Assembly: GCA_964515785.1 (NCBI GenBank)
Contig: CAZEWH010000003.1
Location: 16,013-80,012, forward strand
Reading direction: 5' to 3'
DNA: 64,000 nt
Source of the DNA: an uncultured Gammaproteobacteria bacterium
GTDB lineage: Bacteria; Patescibacteriota; Patescibacteriia; UBA1558; GWA2-36-10
The notes under the pieces were generated by a model. It saw nothing but the letters and a program-made list of their open reading frames with translations. It searched no databases and had not been told where the DNA came from. The translations under genes and the position numbers were made by a program. Each line of letters opens with the position of its first letter. Positions within the stretch are counted from its first letter, which is position 1. Below are positions 20,145 to 28,854 of this stretch, one piece after another.

Positions 20145-20237
20145 ATGCTAAAAATAATAATCCATAAGAAAAGGTATTATCTCAATGATGGCTATTTAAA
20201 TTTTTTCAAAAATATATTAATCAATAAATTCCGCTAA
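20145..20237 (+). CDS. Candidate 30-aa leader peptide (MLKIIIHKKRYYLNDGYLNFFKNILINKFR)
   Basis: Starts 10 nt after a perfect TTGACA-17-TATAAT; 4 AAT codons in the 3' half; the stop lies in the loop of a terminator. Confidence 0.45.
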   Translation: MLKIIIHKKRYYLNDGYLNFFKNILINKFR

Positions 20238-20252
20238 TAGCGGAATTTTTTT
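20226..20252 (+). terminator. Leader (attenuator) terminator upstream of the AsnRS-like gene
   Basis: AAATTCCGC-TAATA-GCGGAATTT followed by TTTT. Confidence 0.75.
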
Positions 20253-20272
20253 ATTATTAACCAAAAAAACCT

Positions 20273-21277
20273 ATGCAAAAAGCAAACGTAGCTAGTCTTG
20301 AGGGCTTTGTACTCAAGGCCGCTCAAGATTTTTTTCACAACCAAGGCTTTACTCCTCTGTTTCCACCGAGGATTGTCAGAGCTAGTGGGGCTTGTGAGAA
20401 CGTCAACACTTTATTTGAGGTCAGTGTCGATAATGACCACAAATGGTTTGACCGCAATGCCTATCTAGCTCAGACTGGCCAACTTTATCTAGAGGCCTTT
20501 GTACCTAGTTTAGACAAAGTATATTGTGTTGGTCCATCATTTCGAGCTGAACCAAAAATAGACAGTCGCCATCTAACAGAGTTCACTATGATGGAAATAG
20601 AATTTGCTGGTAATTTTGAAGATTTATTATCTTATATCGAAAGCCTGATTCATCATGTAGCCCAGGCAGTAGCTGATCAACCACAGGCCAAAGAAAAATT
20701 TGGTCTTAGTGACCAAGATTTGAAAAGACTCAAATCTTGTCCAGCAAAATTTCATCGCTTTACTTATGACCAAGCGATAAAAAAGCTTCAAGAGCTTGGC
20801 GAAGATATCAGATGGGGAGATGATATCTCCAGTCAACGAGAAAAATTATTAATTGCAACGGTTGGAAATCAACCGTTATTTATTACCCATTATCCTGACC
20901 CAATGTATCCAGAACATCAAGATATCGAAGTAGAAAAATTTTTCAACATGCTACCTTCCAAAGATAATCCTGGTAGAGTCTTGAGCTCTGATTGTATCTT
21001 GCCCTTTGGTGGCGAGTCAGTCGGTGCGGCTGCCAGAGTTCATACACTTGATGAACTGATTAATAGATTAAAAAACTCCAAGATGTACAAACGCTTAGAG
21101 AAAAAGGGTGGAGATATATCTGACTTTGAATGGTATATTGATAAAATCAAAACCAACGGTGCTGTACCCCACGCTGGCTGTGGCTTTGGTATGTCTAGAA
21201 TATTACAATTTATCTCTGGTAAGACAGATATCACTGATGCTGTCACTTTTCCAGCTAACAAAGGACAGATTATTTAA
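20273..21277 (+). CDS. AsnRS catalytic-domain-only paralog (archaeal-type asparagine synthetase-like)
   Basis: AYLAQTGQLYLE, GPSFRAE....RHLTEF.MME.E, GE..G, W(Y)....G.VPHAGCGFG; no N-terminal anticodon-binding OB domain. Confidence 0.8.
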   Translation: MQKANVASLEGFVLKAAQDFFHNQGFTPLFPPRIVRASGACENVNTLFEVSVDNDHKWFDRNAYLAQTGQLYLEAFVPSLDKVYCVGPSFRAEPKIDSRHLTEFTMMEIEFAGNFEDLLSYIESLIHHVAQAVADQPQAKEKFGLSDQDLKRLKSCPAKFHRFTYDQAIKKLQELGEDIRWGDDISSQREKLLIATVGNQPLFITHYPDPMYPEHQDIEVEKFFNMLPSKDNPGRVLSSDCILPFGGESVGAAARVHTLDELINRLKNSKMYKRLEKKGGDISDFEWYIDKIKTNGAVPHAGCGFGMSRILQFISGKTDITDAVTFPANKGQII

Positions 21278-21305
21278 AAACGGACTCAAAATTTTGAGTC
21301 CGTTT
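21276..21305. terminator. Bidirectional terminator
   Basis: AAACGGACTCAAA-AT-TTTGAGTCCGTTT. Confidence 0.8.
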
Positions 21306-21308
21306 GTA

Positions 21309-21704
21309 CTATAGCAATTTGCTAATACCCCAGAGGGCTAGCAAATGCATAGTATTGTCTACCACCGCATAGACTAGACAGGAAAAAGCAATATCAATTT
21401 CCCGATATTGATCAGATGATTGCCATGCTTTGACAAAATTCCTACCTCTGATCATGTCTAGCCATTTTGCACCCCAAGACCATCTATCCAAAGGCCAATG
21501 ACTCAAGAATACTAAAGCCATGAGCCAAGGATGGAAATTCCATAAGAATAGACAAACACTAAGGGTATAAACCAGACAGTGCCAAGTGCACCATCCTGCA
21601 CCCTTCCAGCCTTTGACTGACTTGTTGAGAGCCATGGCTTTGGTTTGCAGGAGATAGTCACCTACTAGATGACCAAGTACGATTCTAGCAAAAAGATCTT
21701 CCAT
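21309..21704 (-). CDS. DUF3307 family membrane protein (cassette H, gene 2)
   Basis: HLVGDYLLQT..MA..K, H..VY, SHW.LD, DN..H motifs; AAGGAG SD. Confidence 0.85.
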   Translation of the reverse strand: MEDLFARIVLGHLVGDYLLQTKAMALNKSVKGWKGAGWCTWHCLVYTLSVCLFLWNFHPWLMALVFLSHWPLDRWSWGAKWLDMIRGRNFVKAWQSSDQYREIDIAFSCLVYAVVDNTMHLLALWGISKLL

Positions 21705-22719
21705 GATGGACTCCTTGTCTAGCTTGAGATCTCAGATCTTCAAGCGAACCACTCGAGTCAATGCACTGCAGAAACAGTCGATGTTGTCTAACAATGTCTA
21801 CTGTCTGTTGCCAGCCAGGAATCTTGTCAATAAAAGCTGCCAGTCTAGGAGTACCTCTCCCATTGACCCTGCGCAGATTTTGAGATTCATCCTGACAACC
21901 CACATAGATGACTTTGCCACCGATAAAACGCCAAAACATTTTATCGGCCTGCATGCCATAGGGGACTTCAACAAAGACATTGCTATGCTGAGGCACAGCT
22001 CGCAAAGCTTGTTTGAGTAAATCCATCCAAGGCTCTTTGATGACAGCCTTGAGCTCTTCTTCACGTTCTAGAGCTAGCTGTACTAGATCCTGTCCTGGAA
22101 ATCTCTTTTCCAGTAATGGCTTTAACTGATCATTGAAATCATCAGTGTTGATATGCACATTACTAGTAGATTCTTCACTTAGCATCTGCAAAAAAGTAGA
22201 TTTACCAGAACCAGGCTTACCAACTACTAGAAAGAGATTGTTGATCATTAGCACTTTCTCAAGCAAAGCACTGATGACTAGTGGCGATACAAATTGACTC
22301 AATTCTTCCAAAGCCAATTCTGTGGCTAGTTGCCTGACTTTGGAAGAAGAAATGCCGTTGTGTTGCTCGTCACTGATCAGGTAGAGATACTTATCAATGC
22401 CATACTCTTGGCTATTGAGAAGCATAACTTCTGTTTCATGTTGCAGGTCATTGTGATCGCGAATACCTCTGATCATCACCAGTTGTGATAGATCGTATTT
22501 GCCTTCACCAAAAACCTTGACTTTGACATTGCTTGGCAAGTCATAGCTTTGCCAAAGTTGTTTGCATTCTTCGGCTGTAAACCAGCTACCATTTTTTTGA
22601 GGATTTCTCGAGCAAATGATAACTAGTTCTGGCAACATGACTGCTGCTTTACGAACAATAGCCAAATGCCCAAAAGTCGGCGGGCAAAAGCTACCAGGAT
22701 AAACATAGGTGACTGACAT
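21685..22719 (-). CDS. Phosphopantetheine adenylyltransferase (CoaD) fused to a dephospho-CoA kinase-like (CoaE) domain (cassette H, gene 1)
   Basis: YPGSF.P.T.GH, RGIR, ISSS.VR; then GKPGSGKST, TDD, VEVP, IDSSGSLEDL; AAGGAGG SD. Confidence 0.8.
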   Translation of the reverse strand: MSVTYVYPGSFCPPTFGHLAIVRKAAVMLPELVIICSRNPQKNGSWFTAEECKQLWQSYDLPSNVKVKVFGEGKYDLSQLVMIRGIRDHNDLQHETEVMLLNSQEYGIDKYLYLISDEQHNGISSSKVRQLATELALEELSQFVSPLVISALLEKVLMINNLFLVVGKPGSGKSTFLQMLSEESTSNVHINTDDFNDQLKPLLEKRFPGQDLVQLALEREEELKAVIKEPWMDLLKQALRAVPQHSNVFVEVPYGMQADKMFWRFIGGKVIYVGCQDESQNLRRVNGRGTPRLAAFIDKIPGWQQTVDIVRQHRLFLQCIDSSGSLEDLRSQARQGVHHGRSFC

Positions 22720-22866
22720 GATCTTGCCTCCTTGTATTGGGTGATAGATTTGTCAATGTACTATGTTTGTATTATTATATAAATAAGAGATTTTGAACTA
22801 TTTTTAGTCAATTTTTTGATAAATTATTGTTTTTTAGCTAGTATTAGCTTCAAAAATATAATAAAC

Positions 22867-22884
22867 TGTCGAATTTTTTCGACA
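22867..22884. promoter_or_regulatory. Candidate operator palindrome for the TrmB-family regulator
   Basis: TGTCGAA-TTTT-TTCGACA, 14 nt upstream of the regulator start. Confidence 0.55.
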
Positions 22885-22898
22885 ACAACCATAAATAT

Positions 22899-23651
22899 AT
22901 GATCAAAGAAATAAAAAACAACCTAAAAGAATTGGGCTTTAATAACAATGAAATCAAGGTTTATACTGCTTTGACTCAATTAGGTGAAGCTACAGCTGCT
23001 CAAATAGCCAAAAAATCTGATATCCCCCGTACTACTGCTATAAGTATTTTGGATAAATTGGCTAATAATAAGCTACTTACTACCCATGTCTATCGAGGTA
23101 AGACATATTATTGGATTGAATCTCCTCAAACACTTAAAGAATCTTTTGTTCACAAAACAGTTGTTGCAGAACAACTCAGCGACCTACTCAATGATCTGTA
23201 TAGATCAGAAGCACACTTTCCTTATTCTAAGACTTTTGATACAAAAACTGGCATCAAAAATTTTATTGAAAAAAATATTGCTAATTTAAAAAAGAAATCA
23301 ACTATCTATACTATAGATAGTCCTGGGTCCGGTAATTATGCCAAAATATATTCAGAAAATTTTTCAAAAATTATGTTGGCTGCCAAAAAAAATAAACAAA
23401 TTTTTACTAAAAGCCTAGTACCAGCTGGATCACTAAAAAGTGTAGCTGAATATAAAATAAAAAACCAGAATATTGAAATTCGGGAATTGCCAAGTGATAT
23501 AAAATTTGAAGCTTCGTTATGGATTATTGAAAATAAAATATTTCACTTTTCTGGCAATCCTCCATTTATAGTTATGATCAAACACGATTTGATATATAGT
23601 GGTATCAAAAGTATTTATGATTATTTCTGGAATATATCTAGAACTAGTTAA
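22899..23651 (+). CDS. TrmB-family HTH transcriptional regulator
   Basis: LKELGF...E.KVY.AL..LG...A..IAK.S.I.RT N-terminal wHTH; PLD-like effector C-terminus. Confidence 0.9.
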   Translation: MIKEIKNNLKELGFNNNEIKVYTALTQLGEATAAQIAKKSDIPRTTAISILDKLANNKLLTTHVYRGKTYYWIESPQTLKESFVHKTVVAEQLSDLLNDLYRSEAHFPYSKTFDTKTGIKNFIEKNIANLKKKSTIYTIDSPGSGNYAKIYSENFSKIMLAAKKNKQIFTKSLVPAGSLKSVAEYKIKNQNIEIRELPSDIKFEASLWIIENKIFHFSGNPPFIVMIKHDLIYSGIKSIYDYFWNISRTS

Positions 23652-23705
23652 ATAGGGTTGACTTTTTCCTAATTTTTAGCTATGCTATTGAGCGTTGTAT
23701 TTCTT

Positions 23706-23780
23706 GGCCCCATCGTCTAGTGGTTAGGACTTCAGGTTTTCATCCTGGCAACCGGGGTTCGATTCCCCGTGGGGTCACCA
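23706..23780 (+). tRNA. tRNA-Glu(TTC)
   Basis: Cloverleaf GGCCCCA/TGGGGTC; anticodon loop TT-TTC-AT; GTTCGAT T-loop; CCA end. Confidence 0.97.
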
Positions 23781-23869
23781 AAAAATACTCATCCTTGTGA
23801 TGGGTGTTTTTTATTTGACAGTGTACTTTCAAAATTATAAAATATAATTACACACAGGAGGATGATATC

Positions 23870-23935
23870 ATGAAACGATTCATGATTCCGCGAGTTGCTC
23901 ATTGCATTGTTGGCTCCTGGCCAGGGGTGAGATGA
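23870..23935 (+). CDS. 21-aa small ORF MKRFMIPRVAHCIVGSWPGVR (cassette L)
   Basis: TTGACA-17-TAAAAT promoter; AGGAGG SD; stop inside a GGGTGAGA..TCTCACCC terminator. Confidence 0.55.
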   Translation: MKRFMIPRVAHCIVGSWPGVR

Positions 23936-24031
23936 TTAAGTAGAAATACTATATCGTCTCACCCTATTTTTTATTAAAATAAAAACAGAGACTCTAAATA
24001 AGAAATCTCTGTTGTATTTTTTTGAAAAAAA

Positions 24032-24310
24032 TTAGGCGATCTCAGAGTGAGCTACTCCTCTGTCAAAATCAACAGAAATGACTTTGACGTCACCCTCGCG
24101 ATCTACTGCTTCAGCAGGGATGTGCAGAATGATCACTTCTGCGGCAACCTCTTGTAGCTCGATGAAATCATAAACATTGGAAATGGCCTCAACCATCTTG
24201 AGTGGTACCTGACAAACACCATCAGATCGCGTGCCGGTCTTAATACCACGAGGAACGCTCAGGGAAGATCCCTTCATCAAAATGAAAGGAGTTGTTTTTG
24301 AGATATGCAT
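24032..24310 (-). CDS. Hypothetical protein (cassette M, 92 aa)
   Basis: Start moved to ATG 24310 behind AAGGAGG; TTGACA-16-TAAGAT promoter; terminator about 23981-24013. Confidence 0.7.
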   Translation of the reverse strand: MHISKTTPFILMKGSSLSVPRGIKTGTRSDGVCQVPLKMVEAISNVYDFIELQEVAAEVIILHIPAEAVDREGDVKVISVDFDRGVAHSEIA

Positions 24311-24390
24311 TCTTTGCCTCCTTGGCACATTGGGATGAACTACAAACAATCGTATCTTACATTATCTAAAAAAACTGTCAATATAAAAAA

Positions 24391-26190
24391 TTATTCAACA
24401 GTCACTGACTTAGCAAGATTGCGGGGCTTGTCTACATCTAAGCCTTTCATGTCAGCAATATGATAAGCTAATAATTGCAATGGTATGACATTGATTACTG
24501 GTGACAAAATATCATCTACCTCTGGGACTATAATAATATATTCTGCCAGGTCTTTGATTTCTGGGGTGGCATTATTTACTATAGCGATAATACGACCATC
24601 ACGAGCTTTGACTTCTTGCATATTGGCAATGATCTTTTGCGATAGATTATTTTTAGTAGCTACAAAAACTACTGGCATGTTTTTGTCTATCAAAGCAATC
24701 GGACCATGTTTGATCTCAGCCGCTGGATAACCTTCAGCATGAATATAAGAAATTTCTTTGAGCTTGAGAGCTCCTTCTAAAGCTACAGGAAAACTAAGTC
24801 CTCTGCCTAAATATAAAAAATTGTTTATGTCTTTGAATTGCCTGGCTATTTTCTTAACTTTGTCTTCGGTTTTCAAAACTTGCTCAATATGATTTGGCAA
24901 ATCTTTCAAATTATTCAAAATCTTCTGATCTAGTTCTAGGCCTTTGGTTTGTCTAATATAAAAAGCTAAAATCAGCAAAGCTACAACTTGTGAAGTAAAA
25001 GCTTTTGTACTAGCTACACCAATTTCTGGACCAACATGCAGATATATTCCAGAATCTACTTCTCGAGTAATAGTCGAACCAACTACATTAACTATACCTA
25101 GAGTCTTGGCATTTTTTTCTTTGGCTTCCCGCAAAGCTGCTAGAGTATCAGCTGTCTCACCAGATTGAGACATAGCTATAAGCATGTCTTTGTCAGTCAA
25201 GATAGGATTGCGATAACGAAATTCAGAAGCATAATCTACTTCAGTTGGTATCTCAGCAATTTGTTGCAAAATATATTTACCAATCAAGGCAGAATGCCAA
25301 CTAGTACCACAGGCTGTGATCATGATACGCTGTATTTTGGTGATATCAAAATCAATTGTTAGTTTGATCTGACCATCTTTGATACGACCACGAATAGTAT
25401 TGGCAATAGCAGCCGGCTGTTCCATGATTTCTTTGAGCATAAAATGCTTATAGCCTTTTTTCTCCATTTGCTCAACATTCCATTTTATTTCTTCTATTTT
25501 TTTATCTATCTTTTCACCTGACAAATTTTTGATAACATAATTGTCCTTGGTGATAACAGCCATTTCATTATCATTGAGGTAAATAACTTTTTTGGTATAT
25601 TTCAAAATAGCTGGTACATCAGAAGCTACAAACATCTCTCCGTCCCCCAAACCAATGATCAAGGGTGAGCCACGACGAGCCGCTATTATTTTTTCTTCAT
25701 CTCGATGAATAATAGCTATGCCAAAAGCTCCTTCAATCAACTCTAAAGCTTGACAAACTGCTTTTTCAAAATCTTTTTGATAAAACTTGGCTATCAGATG
25801 AGCTACAATTTCTGAATCTGTTTCAGAACTAAGTTTAACTCCGTCTTTGATCAATAATTCTTTGAGAGCTTGATAATTTTCAATAATACCATTGTGAACT
25901 ATAGCAATTTTTTGACTAGTATCTAGATGAGGATGAGCATTTTGCTCGTTGGGTTCACCATGAGTAGCCCATCGAGTATGAGCAATACCAATAGTACCAG
26001 ACATTTTGTCTAACTTCACTTCTTTAGCTAAAGCTGAAATATTACCCTTTTTTTTGATAACTTTTAATTTATCATCGCCAATTACACAAAGACCCGCACT
26101 ATCATAGCCACGATATTCAAGTTTTTTTAAGCCCTCCAAAAGTAGGGGGGCTGTTTGTTTGTTACCAATATAACCAATAATTCCACACAT
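24391..26190 (-). CDS. glmS: Glutamine--fructose-6-phosphate aminotransferase
   Basis: MCGI, LEYRGYDSAG, HTRWATHG, SQSGETAD, PRNLAKSVTVE. Confidence 0.98.
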   Translation of the reverse strand: MCGIIGYIGNKQTAPLLLEGLKKLEYRGYDSAGLCVIGDDKLKVIKKKGNISALAKEVKLDKMSGTIGIAHTRWATHGEPNEQNAHPHLDTSQKIAIVHNGIIENYQALKELLIKDGVKLSSETDSEIVAHLIAKFYQKDFEKAVCQALELIEGAFGIAIIHRDEEKIIAARRGSPLIIGLGDGEMFVASDVPAILKYTKKVIYLNDNEMAVITKDNYVIKNLSGEKIDKKIEEIKWNVEQMEKKGYKHFMLKEIMEQPAAIANTIRGRIKDGQIKLTIDFDITKIQRIMITACGTSWHSALIGKYILQQIAEIPTEVDYASEFRYRNPILTDKDMLIAMSQSGETADTLAALREAKEKNAKTLGIVNVVGSTITREVDSGIYLHVGPEIGVASTKAFTSQVVALLILAFYIRQTKGLELDQKILNNLKDLPNHIEQVLKTEDKVKKIARQFKDINNFLYLGRGLSFPVALEGALKLKEISYIHAEGYPAAEIKHGPIALIDKNMPVVFVATKNNLSQKIIANMQEVKARDGRIIAIVNNATPEIKDLAEYIIIVPEVDDILSPVINVIPLQLLAYHIADMKGLDVDKPRNLAKSVTVE

Positions 26191-26191
26191 A

Positions 26192-26728
26192 TTATAATCT
26201 ACCTTTTTGTAATTTTAATAAAAATGCTAAATAGTTTACAGCTGGATGCAAAATCAAAGCTAAAACCAAAGATACCAGCCATATATCCCATGATAATTTG
26301 ATATAAAAAGAAATACAAAATAAAGAACCAACCATCCAATCTAACTGATCAAATGGAGGCCAGGGTTCACCAGGCATAACATTAACACGTCGTTTAAAAA
26401 AACTACGCACCAAATCACCTAATAAAGCACCAGCAGCTAACAATAATCCCAACAACCAAATATTACTCTGCTGATAATCAAGCATAGTAATAGATTGGAC
26501 ATAAGGATAGAGCAGTTGCTGAATATAAACAATTATTAAAGCAGACACTACACCAAAAAATAAGCCTCGCCAAGTTTTGTGGCCACCAAAAATACGTTTA
26601 CCATTAAAAAGCTTTCCGTTATCAACTGGATAATTCAAAAAATTGATACGTCTAAAAAGAACTGGTGCCATGTTGGCAAAACCAGCTGGTAAAAATAGCC
26701 AAAGCAATTTTAAAATATAAATCCACAT
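26192..26728 (-). CDS. CDP-archaeol synthase (CarS/DUF46)-like cytidylyltransferase
   Basis: ANMAPV, PVD.G, IFG.HKTWRG, GALLGDL..SF.KRR, DQLD. Confidence 0.85.
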   Translation of the reverse strand: MWIYILKLLWLFLPAGFANMAPVLFRRINFLNYPVDNGKLFNGKRIFGGHKTWRGLFFGVVSALIIVYIQQLLYPYVQSITMLDYQQSNIWLLGLLLAAGALLGDLVRSFFKRRVNVMPGEPWPPFDQLDWMVGSLFCISFYIKLSWDIWLVSLVLALILHPAVNYLAFLLKLQKGRL

Positions 26729-27337
26729 TTAATAATCTTTAATTTTAAATTTTTTAGATTTTAATTTATAGTTTACTTTCAAAAAACTATTTACTATAAC
26801 TGGTATCATAAAAATAGAAAAAAGAAACAAAGCGTCATTGAGGTAATTTTGAGAAGTAAATACTAGCCAAGCAAATAATGCATAAACAATATATTTGGTT
26901 CGTAAAACAAAACGTGGTTTTATTCTTAATAAATAACGTATAATCACTAGGCAAATCATAACAACATACAAAAATACATACAATAATCCTAGACTAGGGT
27001 CTACGTATCCATAAAGTCCTAAAGTCCAAACAATTATAAACATCCCAGTATAATCTACAAAAGTATCCATAACTTCACCAGCTGTATTGTCTTGTTTTGT
27101 TAGACGAGCCACTGCTCCATCTAGACCATCCAATAATAAATGAACAACTAAAAATAACAAAGATAGTTTTAAATTAGTATCAATATAATAGACAAAACCA
27201 AATAAAATTACCAAACCAAACAAACTAATTTGATTAGGGGTGATACCAGTCTTGGCTATCAAACAAGATAAAGGATAAAAAAATTTATCACGCCAAGCTT
27301 TACATGTTTCATATTGCTTTAAGCCGGTCATTGACAT
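26729..27337 (-). CDS. CDP-alcohol phosphatidyltransferase family protein
   Basis: TPNQIS; DGLDGAVAR......GEVMDTFVD signature. Confidence 0.9.
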   Translation of the reverse strand: MSMTGLKQYETCKAWRDKFFYPLSCLIAKTGITPNQISLFGLVILFGFVYYIDTNLKLSLLFLVVHLLLDGLDGAVARLTKQDNTAGEVMDTFVDYTGMFIIVWTLGLYGYVDPSLGLLYVFLYVVMICLVIIRYLLRIKPRFVLRTKYIVYALFAWLVFTSQNYLNDALFLFSIFMIPVIVNSFLKVNYKLKSKKFKIKDY

Positions 27338-27427
27338 ATATATTATTATACATTAATAATACCTTTTTTCTAGTGATTATTCAATAAAGATATGTTATAA
27401 TAAAAACAAGATAAATAAACTAAATTT

Positions 27428-28231
27428 ATGCTTGATAATAACCAACAACTTAATAATACTGAACCAGCTACTATGGACATTGATAATACCAATACTACTC
27501 CACCGCCTGGACCACAAATTCCTAATCCTGTTAGTAAAATAAACCCAGGTCAAGCTACTTCCAATCAACTAGCCAATCAAGGTGTGGCTCCTGATAGAAC
27601 TAATCTAACAAATCCAGCTAATCCTGCTCCTCAAGCTCCACCTGCTCCTCAGATGACTCAACAACAAAATCAGACTCAAGAACAAACCTTTGGTAAAAGT
27701 GAATTACTTGATGCTGGGAAAATACTCCAAGAAGTATTGGAAATACAACCTGGTCAAATAGTAGCTGATCTTGGGGCTGGTGGTGGTATGTTTACCATCC
27801 AGACAGCTCGTTTGGTAGGTGACCGTGGCCAAGTCTATGCTGTAGATATCATGAAGAGCTCATTATCTGATATAGAATCAAAAGCTCGCATGACTGGCTT
27901 TAATAATGTAAAAGCAGTTTGGAGCAATCTAGAAATAGTAGGTGCTGCCAAAATCAATGAAGCCTCTCTAGATCATGCTATGCTAGTCAATGTTTTATTC
28001 CAATCCAAAAAACATTTTGAAATGATGACTGAAGCTACTAGACTTTTAAAACCAGGAGGAAAATTGTTGATTATTGATTGGAGTGATAATGCTCCTGGCT
28101 TTGCCCCACCAAAAGAAATGAAAGTTGACCCAGCTCAACTCAATGCTCATGCAGTAAAACTCAATCTATCCCTAGAACAAGAATTCAAAGCTGGTAATTA
28201 TCATTTTGGCTTAATATTCATAAAACAATAA
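27428..28231 (+). CDS. Class I SAM-dependent methyltransferase with P/Q/N-rich N-terminal extension
   Basis: VADLGAGGG, VYAVD, LKPGGKLLIIDW. Confidence 0.88.
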   Translation: MLDNNQQLNNTEPATMDIDNTNTTPPPGPQIPNPVSKINPGQATSNQLANQGVAPDRTNLTNPANPAPQAPPAPQMTQQQNQTQEQTFGKSELLDAGKILQEVLEIQPGQIVADLGAGGGMFTIQTARLVGDRGQVYAVDIMKSSLSDIESKARMTGFNNVKAVWSNLEIVGAAKINEASLDHAMLVNVLFQSKKHFEMMTEATRLLKPGGKLLIIDWSDNAPGFAPPKEMKVDPAQLNAHAVKLNLSLEQEFKAGNYHFGLIFIKQ

Positions 28232-28297
28232 ATACCCCCTCTTTTTCTCCCCCTAGACTAGGGGGAGATGTCGAATTTATGAGACAGTGGGGGTATT
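28231..28297. repeat. REP-like three-stem palindrome, copy 2
   Basis: Matches 20038-20099; differences are mainly in loops and unpaired positions. Confidence 0.85.
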
Positions 28298-28336
28298 TTA
28301 ATTGACAAAATATCAAAAATTTCTTAATATATTCTT

Positions 28337-28744
28337 ATGAATTTAGATAAATTATTAGATTGGTCATATTTATTTTATCGTTTGCCGCCAGCAGGCTTTT
28401 CTTGGGGCATGAGAATTTTCTTATTAGTCATTTTTATTAGTGCTTTGATTGTGGCTATCATTGCTGGCATCAAATATGCCAAAAAACAAGCTATTGTCAA
28501 AAACTTTTGGCGCAAATTGCAAGTCTGGGGTTGGACTACTGGCTTGGTTGGCTTATTATTGTTTTACTTCCGAGAAGTTAGAGCTATTTATTTAAGTTCT
28601 CGAGCCTGGCTATTTCTATGGCTAATAATAATATTTATTTGGTTAATATTTATTATTGTTTACTTATTTAGAGTTATTCCTAAAAAACAAGAAGCTAAAC
28701 AATCTAAAGAAGCTTTTGATAAATGGTTACCAAAGAAAAAATGA
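28337..28744 (+). CDS. Small 3-TM membrane protein
   Basis: Three hydrophobic helices; leaderless start after TTGACA-17-TAATAT. Confidence 0.8.
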   Translation: MNLDKLLDWSYLFYRLPPAGFSWGMRIFLLVIFISALIVAIIAGIKYAKKQAIVKNFWRKLQVWGWTTGLVGLLLFYFREVRAIYLSSRAWLFLWLIIIFIWLIFIIVYLFRVIPKKQEAKQSKEAFDKWLPKKK

Positions 28745-28748
28745 CAGA

Positions 28749-28817
28749 GTCATCCTCGGGCTTGACCTGAGGATCCAGAAATTTAATTTACTAGATCCCC
28801 GCCTACGCGGGGATGAC
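28749..28817. repeat. GTCATCC...GGATGAC-type REP element
   Basis: GTCATCCTCGGGCTTGACCTGAGGATC...GATCCCCGCCTACGCGGGGATGAC: two inverted hairpins with GTC/GAC ends. Confidence 0.8.
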
Positions 28818-28854
28818 ATTTATAAAAACAGGCAAGATCATTAACCTGTTTTTT

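Noticed and set aside
26190-27400. glmS ribozyme upstream of glmS
   Set aside because: glmS starts 1 nt after the upstream stop, and no GC-structured leader exists before the operon.
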